DNA of 45,512 bases, the filler included, from Jimgerdemannia flammicorona (lineage: Eukaryota), in the NCBI GenBank assembly GCA_003990765.1. It is 2 parts of 2 records of this genome, joined end to end, with 100 filler letters (N's around TTAATTAATTAA, not from the genome) between each part and the next. Parts side by side here need not be neighbours in the genome. Positions count along the whole stretch, not along the records: positions 22,807 to 45,512 come from RBNJ01001223.1; 1 more part is not named here. The stretch is one strand, 5' to 3'. The position numbers and the translations under genes are program-made. A model generated the notes under the pieces. That model ran no database searches. It was not told the DNA's origin and saw only the letters and a program-made list of their open reading frames with translations. Numbering within the stretch: the stretch's first letter is position 1; the number at the start of each line of letters is the position of its first letter. Positions 23,798-33,974 of the stretch are shown here, one piece after another.

Positions 23798-25881
23798 TCA
23801 CTTCGGTACCCAATCCAGCCATCCCTTCGCTTGCCACACGGCCCTAATCCCCTCAGGTACCGCCCCCAACCTTCCTTGCTGAACGACATACCACACGACA
23901 TCAGGGATCTTGATGACCTTCCTCCCTTCGCCCATCCCGGGAGGCAGCGGCACCTCCTGATCAATCCAATTTTGGATCTGAAAACCCGGATAGGCATTCG
24001 CCAGGTCGTGGTCGTGGTTGGGCGGGTCCTCCCAGATGGCGGTATTGTTGGGCGGAAAGTCCCACTGGTACCCCTCTTCGCGGTACGCGAGCCAATCCTG
24101 GAGGCACGAGCCCGCATCCGTGTCGAAGTTTTTGTGATCCGAGGGGCACATGCATCTGCGGTTCAGACCAGAGGCCTCGTCGTCCACACAGTGCGCGAAG
24201 GAGTCGTGCTTGTAGCCGATGTCGTTGAAGAAGTGAATCTCCGATTTGTTCGCCATCAGGCCGAGGGCGAGAGTGTGGATGGGTGCCTGGGATGGTCGGA
24301 AGAGATGATGATACATATCAGCGCTAAAGCTTGCAGAGAAAAAAAACGCATGCATACAAAATAAAAAGGTATTATTGTAGTTCTCTCTCGATACAAAATC
24401 CTCCCTCCATCCCCAATCTTTCCACTTCTCATCCTCGTAAAAAAATAAATAAATAAAAACTCACATCTCCCCACCGCTCGTAAAAGAAGTTTCCTGTGTG
24501 ATCCAGATAATCAAAGTACGCCTCATACGTTGGGTTCCTCCATAGGCTCATGGACGCGATCTCGAAGTTGCTCCAAAAATGGCATAGATTGTAGCCCACC
24601 CAACCTTTGCTCGGCTCGCCAAAAAAGCGCAGCAGGCGGGTCGTCAGGTTGGCCGACTCGGCAAACTTGAGCGTATGCTGGTAGAGCGAGGGAATCGTCG
24701 CTCGGATCTCATGCAAGATGATGTTGAAGCCGTACGTCTTGTTATTTTTCTGCATGAAAAGGAAAGGGTCGTAGTCGAGGTCACAGACTGGTGGGGATAG
24801 AGGTGGCGATGAGGTGATTGAGGTGAGAAAAAGTGATGCGGAGAGAAAGATGGCTGTAATGTGGTAATTACTTACAGAATTTGACTCCAGGTTCGACGCG
24901 CCAGTACCAGTCGTATCTATGCAACAGCGAATATAATTAAATGAAGAAATTAGGTAAATTCGTTTGTCGGGATCCCTGAAAATACATCCTAAACGAGACG
25001 AGCAAGATCCTCGTCACCAAAACGTTGTGTCTATAATTAACCTTCATTATGAACCCACGTATAAAACGCCAGTTCTCAACTCACCCCAGCAACAAGGGAT
25101 GCTTGTAAAAGAACCCGGAATTAAACCTGCACATATGCCTATAACTCAGGCTTCCGCCGTACAGGACCCCCTGCGTCTGCAGGTTTTGCATACACCTCAG
25201 CGCGGTCTTCTGCTCGACCCACGGCGGCCAGCCCCACATCTCCTGCGGGATCAGCCCGAAGGTGGTATTGGCGTACGTGAGGTTGGAGATGATCTCCTTG
25301 AACTCCTGCGTGAAGGGTACGTCGTTGAGGAACACGTAAGGATACCCGTACTTTCGATTGAACCTGTCCTCGAACTCACGAATCGAGCGACGCAAGGCCT
25401 GCAGCTCCGAGTTACGACAGAGGATCACGATAACGGCGTTCGCGAGCGTGCGGTTCGGAAGGAATTCCGCGTGCGGAGGCGGGATCTGCGACATGGGAGA
25501 ATAGTGCGTCTTCCAATCGGATTCGCTGTACTCGATGACAACGGGGATTTCCTCGCTGGGGGGGTCGGCTTCACTGTCCACGTCGTCGTCGAGATTTGGG
25601 CTGTTGGGAGATTCGTCCGGTTTCAAATTTTGGTCAAACAACGGGAGCCAGATGTTTTCCGTGAAGGCCTTTTCCTCTTCAGATCCTTGCAGCAGCGGAG
25701 AAGACGTGTCCAGCGGGATCTCTTGGGGTAGTGGTGCGTTTGGATTGAGTTCATTATTTAAGCTGGTAGACTCTTCTTTCGAAATGTTGGATGTTTTTGT
25801 ATTCTTTGAGAAGAGTATGACGGAGGAGACGTATACTAGGAGGCCGGCCAGCAGGAGGTAAGGTAGGCGTAGACGTGGCAT
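23798..25881 (-). CDS. Alpha-1,2-mannosyltransferase, glycosyltransferase family 15 (KRE2/MNT1/KTR-like); exons 25881-25085, 24916-24876, 24787-24465, 24286-23798
   Basis: N-terminal signal-anchor (LPYLLLAGLLVYVSSVILF) and acidic stem. GT15 motifs SYRHMCRFNSGFFYKHPLL, YDWYWRVEP, YNLCHFWSNFEIA and FFYERWGDAPIH reassemble in frame across three GT-AG introns. Confidence 0.95.
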
Positions 25882-26032
25882 TGTGGAGATAAGAAAGAGA
25901 ATGGGCACAGACCAGACGGGGGGGGGGAGGTTATGCCAGGGAAGTTGATTTTGTGCAACGTTCCCAAGCCACAAGTCCACAGGTTTGCGTTTTTGCACTT
26001 GGCAACCACCTGCCAAATCCATAATTATCTAT

Positions 26033-26072
26033 TATTTGTGTATTTGTGTATTTGTGTATTTGTGTATTTGTG
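26033..26072 (+). repeat. (TATTTGTG)5 microsatellite in the divergent intergenic region
   Basis: Directly visible between the GT15 start and array copy 1. Confidence 0.9.
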
Positions 26073-26656
26073 CCACGCCACAGGCTAAAAGGGGGTGCTA
26101 GTGGGGATTATCGGACGCCATGGGCTCAGTGCCAAGAATTCTACATGTCATAGGCTTAGACAAACATGATATATGGGACACAATTTTTCACCTTTTGAAA
26201 AATTACGCCCCATATGATCGACAAGCCTCATTGCCGATTTTATCTGTCCAACAAACCCGAGGTAGGTTCTAGCCATTGTTTTGAACATGATTAATACATA
26301 AATCACCTCGATATAGTTGGTTGACAAGTTATCAATAATCGAATCGCGGTGTTAAAAAATGCATAGTGCTGGTCAGGACACTTTCAGCGTCAAATCCGAT
26401 ATCGAGAATGGCATGTGATCGACCAAAACATTCAATTCGTCGACCTCATGCATGAATATCAGTCGCAACATTGGTAGTATATTCTTTCTTTTTTTGTCTC
26501 TCTTTCAAAAAAAAATAAAATAAAAATGCTGCAGACTTCAGTTACAGCTGGATGTTCAAGCTTCGGTCAACTTGATGGAGTACCAGCAGAAATATAGCAT
26601 CGATACTTGACGGTCAAGACCACGTCATCCCACCATAATGGGATATAGTGCCAAGT

Positions 26657-26662
26657 CACGTG
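26657..26662 (+). promoter_or_regulatory. Possible E-box (CACGTG) ~55-70 bp upstream of the array start codons
   Basis: CACGTG at 26657, 29156, 33907, 36318 and 38679; CATGTG at 40980 and 43150; absent upstream of copy 3. Conservation may merely reflect recent duplication. Confidence 0.3.
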
Positions 26663-26716
26663 GCTTGACGATATTAAAAATCAACAACCCGACTCTTCCT
26701 TTTTCATTGACCAAAA

Positions 26717-28453
26717 ATGACCAATTTCTGCACCGGGAGACTCATTGCTATTATATCTGCCCGCGACGACACCCCTCTTGCCATCAGTAAGCTTGGCGAG
26801 CTGTACCACAAAAAACACGGCGATGGTTTATGGATGTTTGCGCCCAAGCGATCCCTGCCCTCCTTCCTCTCCTCGTACCCCGAAATCTTTCATGTTGACG
26901 AGGAAAACGTCGCGCTGAATCCAACGTATAGAGTATTTGTGTGCCTATCCAAGCTGGAACAGCTCCTCATCGAATTGACGACGAACGGCCCGGTAAAGAT
27001 ATCCCTTTTGGAATCCCAGTACACGTTACGCTTTGGGAAACGGCCCTCGCGCAAGTCGCTTCCGGCCTTCCTCGTCGAGCATCCTGACATGTTCTCCATC
27101 GATAGAGGCAACGTGGAGCTGGTGTCGACGTATGCAACGACTAGGTGCGTGGCCAGGCTTGCGCAACTTTTGCACACGTGGAAGGGCTCCAAGGAAGTGG
27201 ATATATCGACCTTGGAAGGCTGGTACAACCGGAATTTTGGGACCGGGTATTGGAAGCAGCTTCCCGGCGAGACCCTCGAGTCGTTTTTGGCTCGCCATTC
27301 CAATGTTTTTGCCATTGATGAGGAAGAAAGCACGACGCACGTCACCGAAGCCCAATGCGTCGCCAACCTTCGCCAGCTTCTGAAGTCCGCGTCCGGGAAG
27401 TCATCCGAGGTGAGGTCATCTGCTCTGGCCTCGCTATACATAGCAAAATACAAGAACCGTGATTGGAAGACCTTGGGGAAAGGATTCGAGACCTTCCTGA
27501 CGGAACACCCCAACGATTTCCGGTTCACCAGCCGCGACTACATTACTTTGGTCCCACGAAACTCTACGACACCTCACGATGACACTAATTCTAGCGAATC
27601 CAACGACCCCACCCCTGATTTAACGCATAAAGTCGATGATGCAGACGGTAACGGTGATTCGGCATCCCTCAACGGCTCCTCGACAACTGAATCGTCTTCA
27701 ATCCGGAAAGCATCATTCTGGGACAAGAGCGAAGAATCTACGACTACGTCGCCGTCAACAATTCTCCCCGTCGTCGCCGAGCCCAAACCCGCTCCTACCA
27801 CGTTCAGTCATTTCCATTCCCCGGCGCCCGAGCCATTGGAACGGCGCCCCGCAAGCCCAGCCGTCAGCGTCGTCAACTTCCGTATAGCTGATATTCTTAT
27901 ACCAAAGCCTGACAACCGCGCCCATCTGTGGCGCACTACCGTCTCGAAGGAGACATCGGAGTGCGGCGACGCCGACGCCAAAAATGTTGACTTACTGACG
28001 TTTTCTGATCTGGCGCCCGAGTCGCCGTTGTTAGAGCATGCGTGGCCCCCCCTCGTGTCCTCGTCCGACTCCCATGGTGCGTGTGGCGTGTGTGCTGCCG
28101 GTCCTTCCAAGGATCGTCACCACCTCGCGCTCGACGCGTCGTGGGGTTCAGACGCGGGACGTGGCGGCGCGACGATTGGGATTGGAAATGGGAATTGGGT
28201 GGAGAAGAGGAAAAGCGAGATGCATGAGAGGTTGAAGCAGTCGGACCCGGCGAGTCGCGTCGGGATCCTTGAGGGGTTATTGGAACTCGAGCGGCGGAGG
28301 AATAGGGATCGGCGAGATAGGATTGCGGAGTTGGAGCGCTTGGTCGTCGAGAGGGAGCAGGAAATTGAGGAATTGAGAAATAGGGTTGACAGGATGGAGG
28401 AGATGATGATCTTGGAGGGAAATATGCGTGGGCTGGTGTCGAATGTATACTAG
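26717..28453 (+). CDS. Array copy 1: 4x OST-HTH/LOTUS-like repeats, low-complexity linker, C-terminal coiled coil (578 aa)
   Basis: Intact intronless ORF. Repeats begin at C5, C76, C144 and C214, each C..L..LL...v.iS.L...Y...(H/F)G...W.....L..FL..(H/Y)P..F.V....V.L. Confidence 0.85.
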   Translation: MTNFCTGRLIAIISARDDTPLAISKLGELYHKKHGDGLWMFAPKRSLPSFLSSYPEIFHVDEENVALNPTYRVFVCLSKLEQLLIELTTNGPVKISLLESQYTLRFGKRPSRKSLPAFLVEHPDMFSIDRGNVELVSTYATTRCVARLAQLLHTWKGSKEVDISTLEGWYNRNFGTGYWKQLPGETLESFLARHSNVFAIDEEESTTHVTEAQCVANLRQLLKSASGKSSEVRSSALASLYIAKYKNRDWKTLGKGFETFLTEHPNDFRFTSRDYITLVPRNSTTPHDDTNSSESNDPTPDLTHKVDDADGNGDSASLNGSSTTESSSIRKASFWDKSEESTTTSPSTILPVVAEPKPAPTTFSHFHSPAPEPLERRPASPAVSVVNFRIADILIPKPDNRAHLWRTTVSKETSECGDADAKNVDLLTFSDLAPESPLLEHAWPPLVSSSDSHGACGVCAAGPSKDRHHLALDASWGSDAGRGGATIGIGNGNWVEKRKSEMHERLKQSDPASRVGILEGLLELERRRNRDRRDRIAELERLVVEREQEIEELRNRVDRMEEMMILEGNMRGLVSNVY

Positions 28454-28776
28454 TTGTTTTACGGATGTAGGATTTTAAATGCAAACAGATAAAGGGAGAA
28501 CGAGCTCAGTGTGCTCGTCCGATTTCGAGACTACAATTTCATGATCGTACTACTACACCGACCTGCGTATATCCCGAGGAGAAACTGATCCATGAAGGGA
28601 TATTCCAAGTCTCCAATGCATCTCGCTTTCCGATCCATCGTACAGCGTACAGGCTCAGACCTGTGCAGACGTTGCCATATGTTGGTCATCGTGCCGGGAT
28701 GTCATGGGCATCAAACAGGAATCGCTTGCTGGTCGGGACACTGAGTGTCAAATCGATATCGATCGACCAACACATC

Positions 28777-28857
28777 CAATTCGTCGATCTCAAGCATGAA
28801 TGTCAATTCGTCGATCTCAAGCATGAATGTCAATTCGTCGATCTCAAGCATGAATGT
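28777..28857 (+). repeat. 27-bp perfect tandem repeat x3 (CAATTCGTCGATCTCAAGCATGAATGT)
   Basis: Single-copy homologues occur in other array spacers (~26433, ~36020, ~38451). Confidence 0.95.
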
Positions 28858-29216
28858 CATTCGCTTTCTGAATTTAGCAAGAAATATTGATAGTATATAT
28901 ATTCTTCCCCTTTTTGTCTCTCCTTCAAAAATAAAAAAAATAACGTTACAGACTTCGGTTACAGCATCACTTTGGATGTTACAAGCTTCGGTCAACTTGA
29001 CGGATGAATAATCAATACTGGCAGAAAAATAGTATGCGGCTGTGTGACGATCGGACTGCTCAGAATGCGAGGGTATCGTGGAACTATCTCTTCATCCGTC
29101 GCTTTTGACAATCATCATAATTGTTATTGGGTGATGACATAGTATAACGCCAAATCACGTGGTTTGACGATGCCAAAAGGTCAACAATCCGACTTTTCCT
29201 TTTTCCTTGACCAAAA

Positions 29217-30920
29217 ATGAACAAATACTCCACGGAGAACAACTACTGTACGGAGAAACTCGTTGGCATTCTCCGCGCCCGCAAGGACACGGTCCCCCTT
29301 GCCATCAGCGAGCTTGACGAACTGTACGTCAAAAACCACGGCGATGGCTCATGGAATTCGGCGCCCAAGCGATCTCTGGCCGCTTTCCTCTCTTCGGACC
29401 ACGAAATCTTTCATGTTGACGGGGAAAACGTCGCGTTGAGCCCATTGTATGGAGAATTTGTGTGCCTATTCAGGCTGGAACATATCATCATCGAATTGAC
29501 GACGAACGGCCCAGTAAACATATCCGTCCTGGGTTCCCGGTACACGGAGCGCTTTGGGACCGGATACTGGAAACAATCCCTGCAAAAGACGCTACCGGCC
29601 TTTCTCGCCGAGTATCCTGACATGTTCATCATCAACGGAAGCAATGTGGAGATGGTGTCGACGTATGCGGCGGCTAGATGCGTGTCCAGGCTTGCGCAAC
29701 TTTTGTACACGTGCAAATTCAAGAAATTGGATATATCGACCTTGGGAGGCTGGTACTACCAGAATTTTGGGACCGGGTATTGGAAGCATTTTCCCGGTGG
29801 GAAACTCATCCTCAAGTCGTTCTTAATTCGCTATTCCGATGATTTTGTCGTTGATGGGGAACAAGTCTCATTACGCATCACCGAGGCCCGATGCGTCGCC
29901 AACCTTCGCCAGCTTCTGAAGTCCGTGTCCGCGGAGGGGGGGTCATCCGAGGTGAGGTCATCCCATTTGGCCTCGTTATATATAGCAAAATACAGGGATC
30001 GTGATTGGAAGACCTTGGGAAAACAATTCGAGGCCTTCTTGAAGGAACACCCCAACGATTTCCAATTCACCAAGCCCGACAACATTGTTCTTGTCGGTCG
30101 AAACTCCGCCGCATCTCACAATGACACTTTAACGCACCAAGTCGATGATGCAGACGGTAACGGTGATTCGGTATTCCTCAACGGCTCCCTCCGGACCTCG
30201 ACGACTGAATCGTCTTCAACCCGGAAAACATCATTCTGGGGCGAAAGCGAAGAATCTACATGTACGTCGCCATCAACAATTCTCCCTGCCGCCGCCGAGC
30301 TCAAGGCGCCCGAGCCATGGGAACGGCGCCCCGCAAGCCCGGCCGTCAGCGTCGTCAACTTCCGTATATCTGATATTCTTATGCCAAAGCCTGACAATCG
30401 CACTCGTGCGTGGCGCACCACCGCCTCGAGCGAGACATCGGAGCGCGACGACGCCGACGAACTGACGTTCTCTGATCTGGCGTCCGAGTTGCCCTCCCCC
30501 GTGCCCTCGTCCGACTCCCATGGTGCGTACGGCGTGCGTGCTGCCGGTCTCTCCAAGGATCGTCACCACCTCGCGCTCGACGCGTTGTGGGGTTTAGACG
30601 CGGAACGTGGCGGCGCGGCGATTGGGATTGGGATTGGGAATGGGATGGGAAGGAGGAAGAGCGGGTTGCATGAGAGGTTGAAGCAGTCGGACCCGGCGAG
30701 TCGCGTCGGGATCCTTGAGGGGTTGTTGGAACTCGAGCAGCGGAGGAACGAGTTGGAACGAAAGAGGAATAGGGACGCGCGAGATAGGATCGCGGAGTTG
30801 GAGCGCTTGATCGTCGAGAGGGAACAGGAGAATGAGGAGTTGAGGGATAGGATTGATAGGATGGAGGAGATGATGGTCCTGGAGGGGGGTATGCGTGGGC
30901 TGGAGTTGAATGTATACTAG
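29217..30920 (+). CDS. Array copy 2 (567 aa)
   Basis: Intact paralogue with an 18-bp duplication at the N-terminus (KYSTEN/NYCTEK). Confidence 0.85.
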   Translation: MNKYSTENNYCTEKLVGILRARKDTVPLAISELDELYVKNHGDGSWNSAPKRSLAAFLSSDHEIFHVDGENVALSPLYGEFVCLFRLEHIIIELTTNGPVNISVLGSRYTERFGTGYWKQSLQKTLPAFLAEYPDMFIINGSNVEMVSTYAAARCVSRLAQLLYTCKFKKLDISTLGGWYYQNFGTGYWKHFPGGKLILKSFLIRYSDDFVVDGEQVSLRITEARCVANLRQLLKSVSAEGGSSEVRSSHLASLYIAKYRDRDWKTLGKQFEAFLKEHPNDFQFTKPDNIVLVGRNSAASHNDTLTHQVDDADGNGDSVFLNGSLRTSTTESSSTRKTSFWGESEESTCTSPSTILPAAAELKAPEPWERRPASPAVSVVNFRISDILMPKPDNRTRAWRTTASSETSERDDADELTFSDLASELPSPVPSSDSHGAYGVRAAGLSKDRHHLALDALWGLDAERGGAAIGIGIGNGMGRRKSGLHERLKQSDPASRVGILEGLLELEQRRNELERKRNRDARDRIAELERLIVEREQENEELRDRIDRMEEMMVLEGGMRGLELNVY

Positions 30921-31549
30921 ATGTGGTTTTATGGATGTAGGATTTTGAATGCAAACAGACGAAGGGAGAACGAGCTCAATGTGCTCGTCCACCTTTAAGA
31001 CTCAAATTTCATGATCGTACTACAACACCGATCTGCGCATATCCCGAGGAGAAACTGGCTTATGAAGGGAATATGTCTTGATATTCCGAGTGTCTGTTGA
31101 TATGTGCAGTCCCACTTGATCTCTTCCCCGATGCATCTTGCTTTCCGATCCATCGTACAGGCTCAGATCTGTACAGACGTTGCCGTATACTGGCCATCGC
31201 GCCGCGATATACCATGGGATTTAAAGGCATCAAACATAGAAAAACTGGAATCGTTGCTGGCTCAAAGTCAAATCCGAGATCGAAATGGCATGCGACCGAC
31301 TTCAAGTACGAATGTTATTCGCTTTCTGATAGTATATAATTATATTCTTCCCCTTTTTGTCTCTCTTTCAAAAAAAAAAAAGCTTAGCGAAACGATTTGA
31401 TGGATGGGCATAGATTGATCAGTACAGGCAGAAGTATAATAGGAGACAGTTACATCATCATTCCACCATAATTATGATTGGGTGACGACGAACGATACAA
31501 TTATCCCCCTTTCCCCCTTTCCCTCTTTCCCTCTTTCCTTGACCAAAAA

Positions 31550-33325
31550 ATGACCAGCGACTGCACTGGAAAACTCGTCGCCATTATATGCGCCAACGAT
31601 AGAACAGGCCCCCTTGCCATCAGCAAGCTTGGTGAGCTGTACGCCAAACAGCACGGAGATGGTCTATGGAAGCTTGCGCCCAGACGATCCCTGCACTCCT
31701 TCCTCTCTTGTTATCCCGAAATCTTTCATGTTGACGGGGAAAATGTCGCGTTAAACCCAACGTATGAAGTACCTCTGTGCCTATCCAGGTTGGAACAGAT
31801 CCTCATCGAATTGACGACGAATGGCCCGGTAAACATATCCGTCCTGGGATCCCGGTACACGGAGCGCTTTGGGACCGGATACTGGAAACAATCCCCGCAA
31901 AAGACGCTACCGGCCTTTCTCGCCGAGCATCCTGGCATGGTTTCCATCGATGGTAGCAAGGTGGAGATAGTGCCGACGTATGCGGAGGCTAGATGCGTAG
32001 CCAACCTTGCACAACTTTTGCACACGTGGAAGGGTCCCAAGAAAGTGGATATATCGGCCTTGGGAGGCTGGTACAATCGGAATTTTGGGACCGGTTACTG
32101 GAAGCAACTTCGCGGCGAAACCCTCAAGACGTTCTTGGCTGGCCATTCCAGTAATTTTACCGTTGATGGGGAACAAATCTCATTACGTATCACCGAGGCC
32201 CGATGCGTCGCCAACTTTCGCCAGCTTCTGGCGTCCGGGAAAAAGGTGAAGTCATCCGAGCTGGCCTTGTTATACATAGCAAAATACAAGAACCGTGATT
32301 GGAAGAGCTTGGGAAAACAATTCGAGACCTTCCTGAAGGAACACCCCAACGATTTCCGGTTCAGCAAGCGCGGCTACATTACTCTTGTCGCTCGAAAGTC
32401 CACGGCATCTCACAATGTCACTAATTGTAGCGAATTCAACGACCCCATCCCTGATTTAACGCACCAAGTCGATGATGCAGACGGTAACGATGATTCGGTA
32501 TCCCTCAACGGCTCCCTCCGGACCTCGATAACTGAATCATCCTTGACCCGAAAAACATCACTCTGGGACGAGAGCGAAGAATCTACATGGACAACCTATA
32601 GCGTCGCCGACGACCTGCCAACTACGTCACCGTCAACAATTCTCTCCGCCGCCAAGCCCAACCCCGCTCCCACTGCGTTCAGCCACCTCACTGAGCCACA
32701 GGAACGGCGCCCCGCAAGCCCGGCTGTCAGCGTTGTCAACTTCTGTATATCTGATATCACTATGCCAAAGCCTGATGATCGCACCCGTGCGTGGCGCACC
32801 ACCGTCTCGAGCGAAACATCGGAGTGCGACGACGCTGACGCCAACGCCGACGAACTGACGTTCTCTGATATGGCGCCCGAGTCGCCGTTTTCAGAGCATG
32901 CGCGCCCCCCCCTCGTGCCCTCGTTCGACTCCCACGGTACGTGCGGCGTGCGTGCTGCCGGTCCCTCCGAGAATCGTCACTTCGCGCTCGACGCATCGCG
33001 GGATTTAGACGCGGAACGTGGCGGCGCGGCAATTGGGATTGGGAGTGGGATAGGGAGGAGGAAGAACGGGTTGCATGAGAGGTTGAAGCAGTCGGACCCG
33101 GCGAGGCGCGTCGGGATCCTTGAGGGGTTGTTGGAACTCGAGCAGCGGAGGAACCAGATGGAACGGCGGAGGACTAGAGACGCGCGAGATAGGATTGTAC
33201 AGTTGGAGCACTTGGTCATCGAGAGGGAGCAGGAGATCGAGGAGTTGAGAGATAGGATTGACAGGATGGAGGAGATGATGGTCTTGGAAGGGAATATGCG
33301 TGGGCTGGAGTTGAATGTATACTAG
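31550..33325 (+). CDS. Array copy 3 (591 aa)
   Basis: Intact paralogue; ATG chosen by homology to the other copies. Confidence 0.85.
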   Translation: MTSDCTGKLVAIICANDRTGPLAISKLGELYAKQHGDGLWKLAPRRSLHSFLSCYPEIFHVDGENVALNPTYEVPLCLSRLEQILIELTTNGPVNISVLGSRYTERFGTGYWKQSPQKTLPAFLAEHPGMVSIDGSKVEIVPTYAEARCVANLAQLLHTWKGPKKVDISALGGWYNRNFGTGYWKQLRGETLKTFLAGHSSNFTVDGEQISLRITEARCVANFRQLLASGKKVKSSELALLYIAKYKNRDWKSLGKQFETFLKEHPNDFRFSKRGYITLVARKSTASHNVTNCSEFNDPIPDLTHQVDDADGNDDSVSLNGSLRTSITESSLTRKTSLWDESEESTWTTYSVADDLPTTSPSTILSAAKPNPAPTAFSHLTEPQERRPASPAVSVVNFCISDITMPKPDDRTRAWRTTVSSETSECDDADANADELTFSDMAPESPFSEHARPPLVPSFDSHGTCGVRAAGPSENRHFALDASRDLDAERGGAAIGIGSGIGRRKNGLHERLKQSDPARRVGILEGLLELEQRRNQMERRRTRDARDRIVQLEHLVIEREQEIEELRDRIDRMEEMMVLEGNMRGLELNVY

Positions 33326-33974
33326 ATGTGGTTTTACGGATGTAGGATTTTGAATGCAAACAGATGAAGGAAGCTCGTCCACTTTTGGGACTTCAATTTC
33401 ACGATCGTACTATATACAACACCAATCTGCGCATATCCCGAGGAGAAATTGGTCCACGAAGGCAATGTCTTGATATTCCGAGTGTCTGTTGATACGTGCA
33501 GTTCCGCTTAATCCCTTCTCCGATGCATCTTGCGTTCCGATCCATCGTACAGGCTCAGATCTGTGCAGATGTTGCGCATCGCGCCCGGATATGCCATGGG
33601 ATTTGAAGGCATCAAAAATATAAAAACTGAAATCGTTGCTGGTTCAGTGTTAAATCCGCATGTGGCCGATCTCAAGTACGAATATCATTCACTTTCTGAA
33701 TTTATTTGCAGCCAATACTTATAGTATACAATTCTTCACCTTTTTGTCTCTCTTTCTAAAAAAAAAAAAAAAAAAAAAAAATATACTGCAGACTTCATTT
33801 GATGGACGAATATGAAGAACGCGTCATCCCAATTAATTATATGAGGCGGAGTTATATACCTATCCGGATTGGTACCTTTTTTTTTATCTCATATGTAACA
33901 CCAACTCACGTGGTTTGACGATACCAAAAAGTCAACAATCCGACTTTTCCTTTTACCTTTTACTTGACCAAAAA

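Noticed and set aside
23831..25731. Plus-strand ORFs 23831-24364 and 24964-25731
   Set aside because: Antisense shadows of the GT15 exons with no recognisable motifs.
25882..26022. Upstream in-frame ATG extending GT15 by 47 aa
   Set aside because: ATG 25881 gives the typical short cytoplasmic tail before the signal-anchor; the extension looks like UTR.
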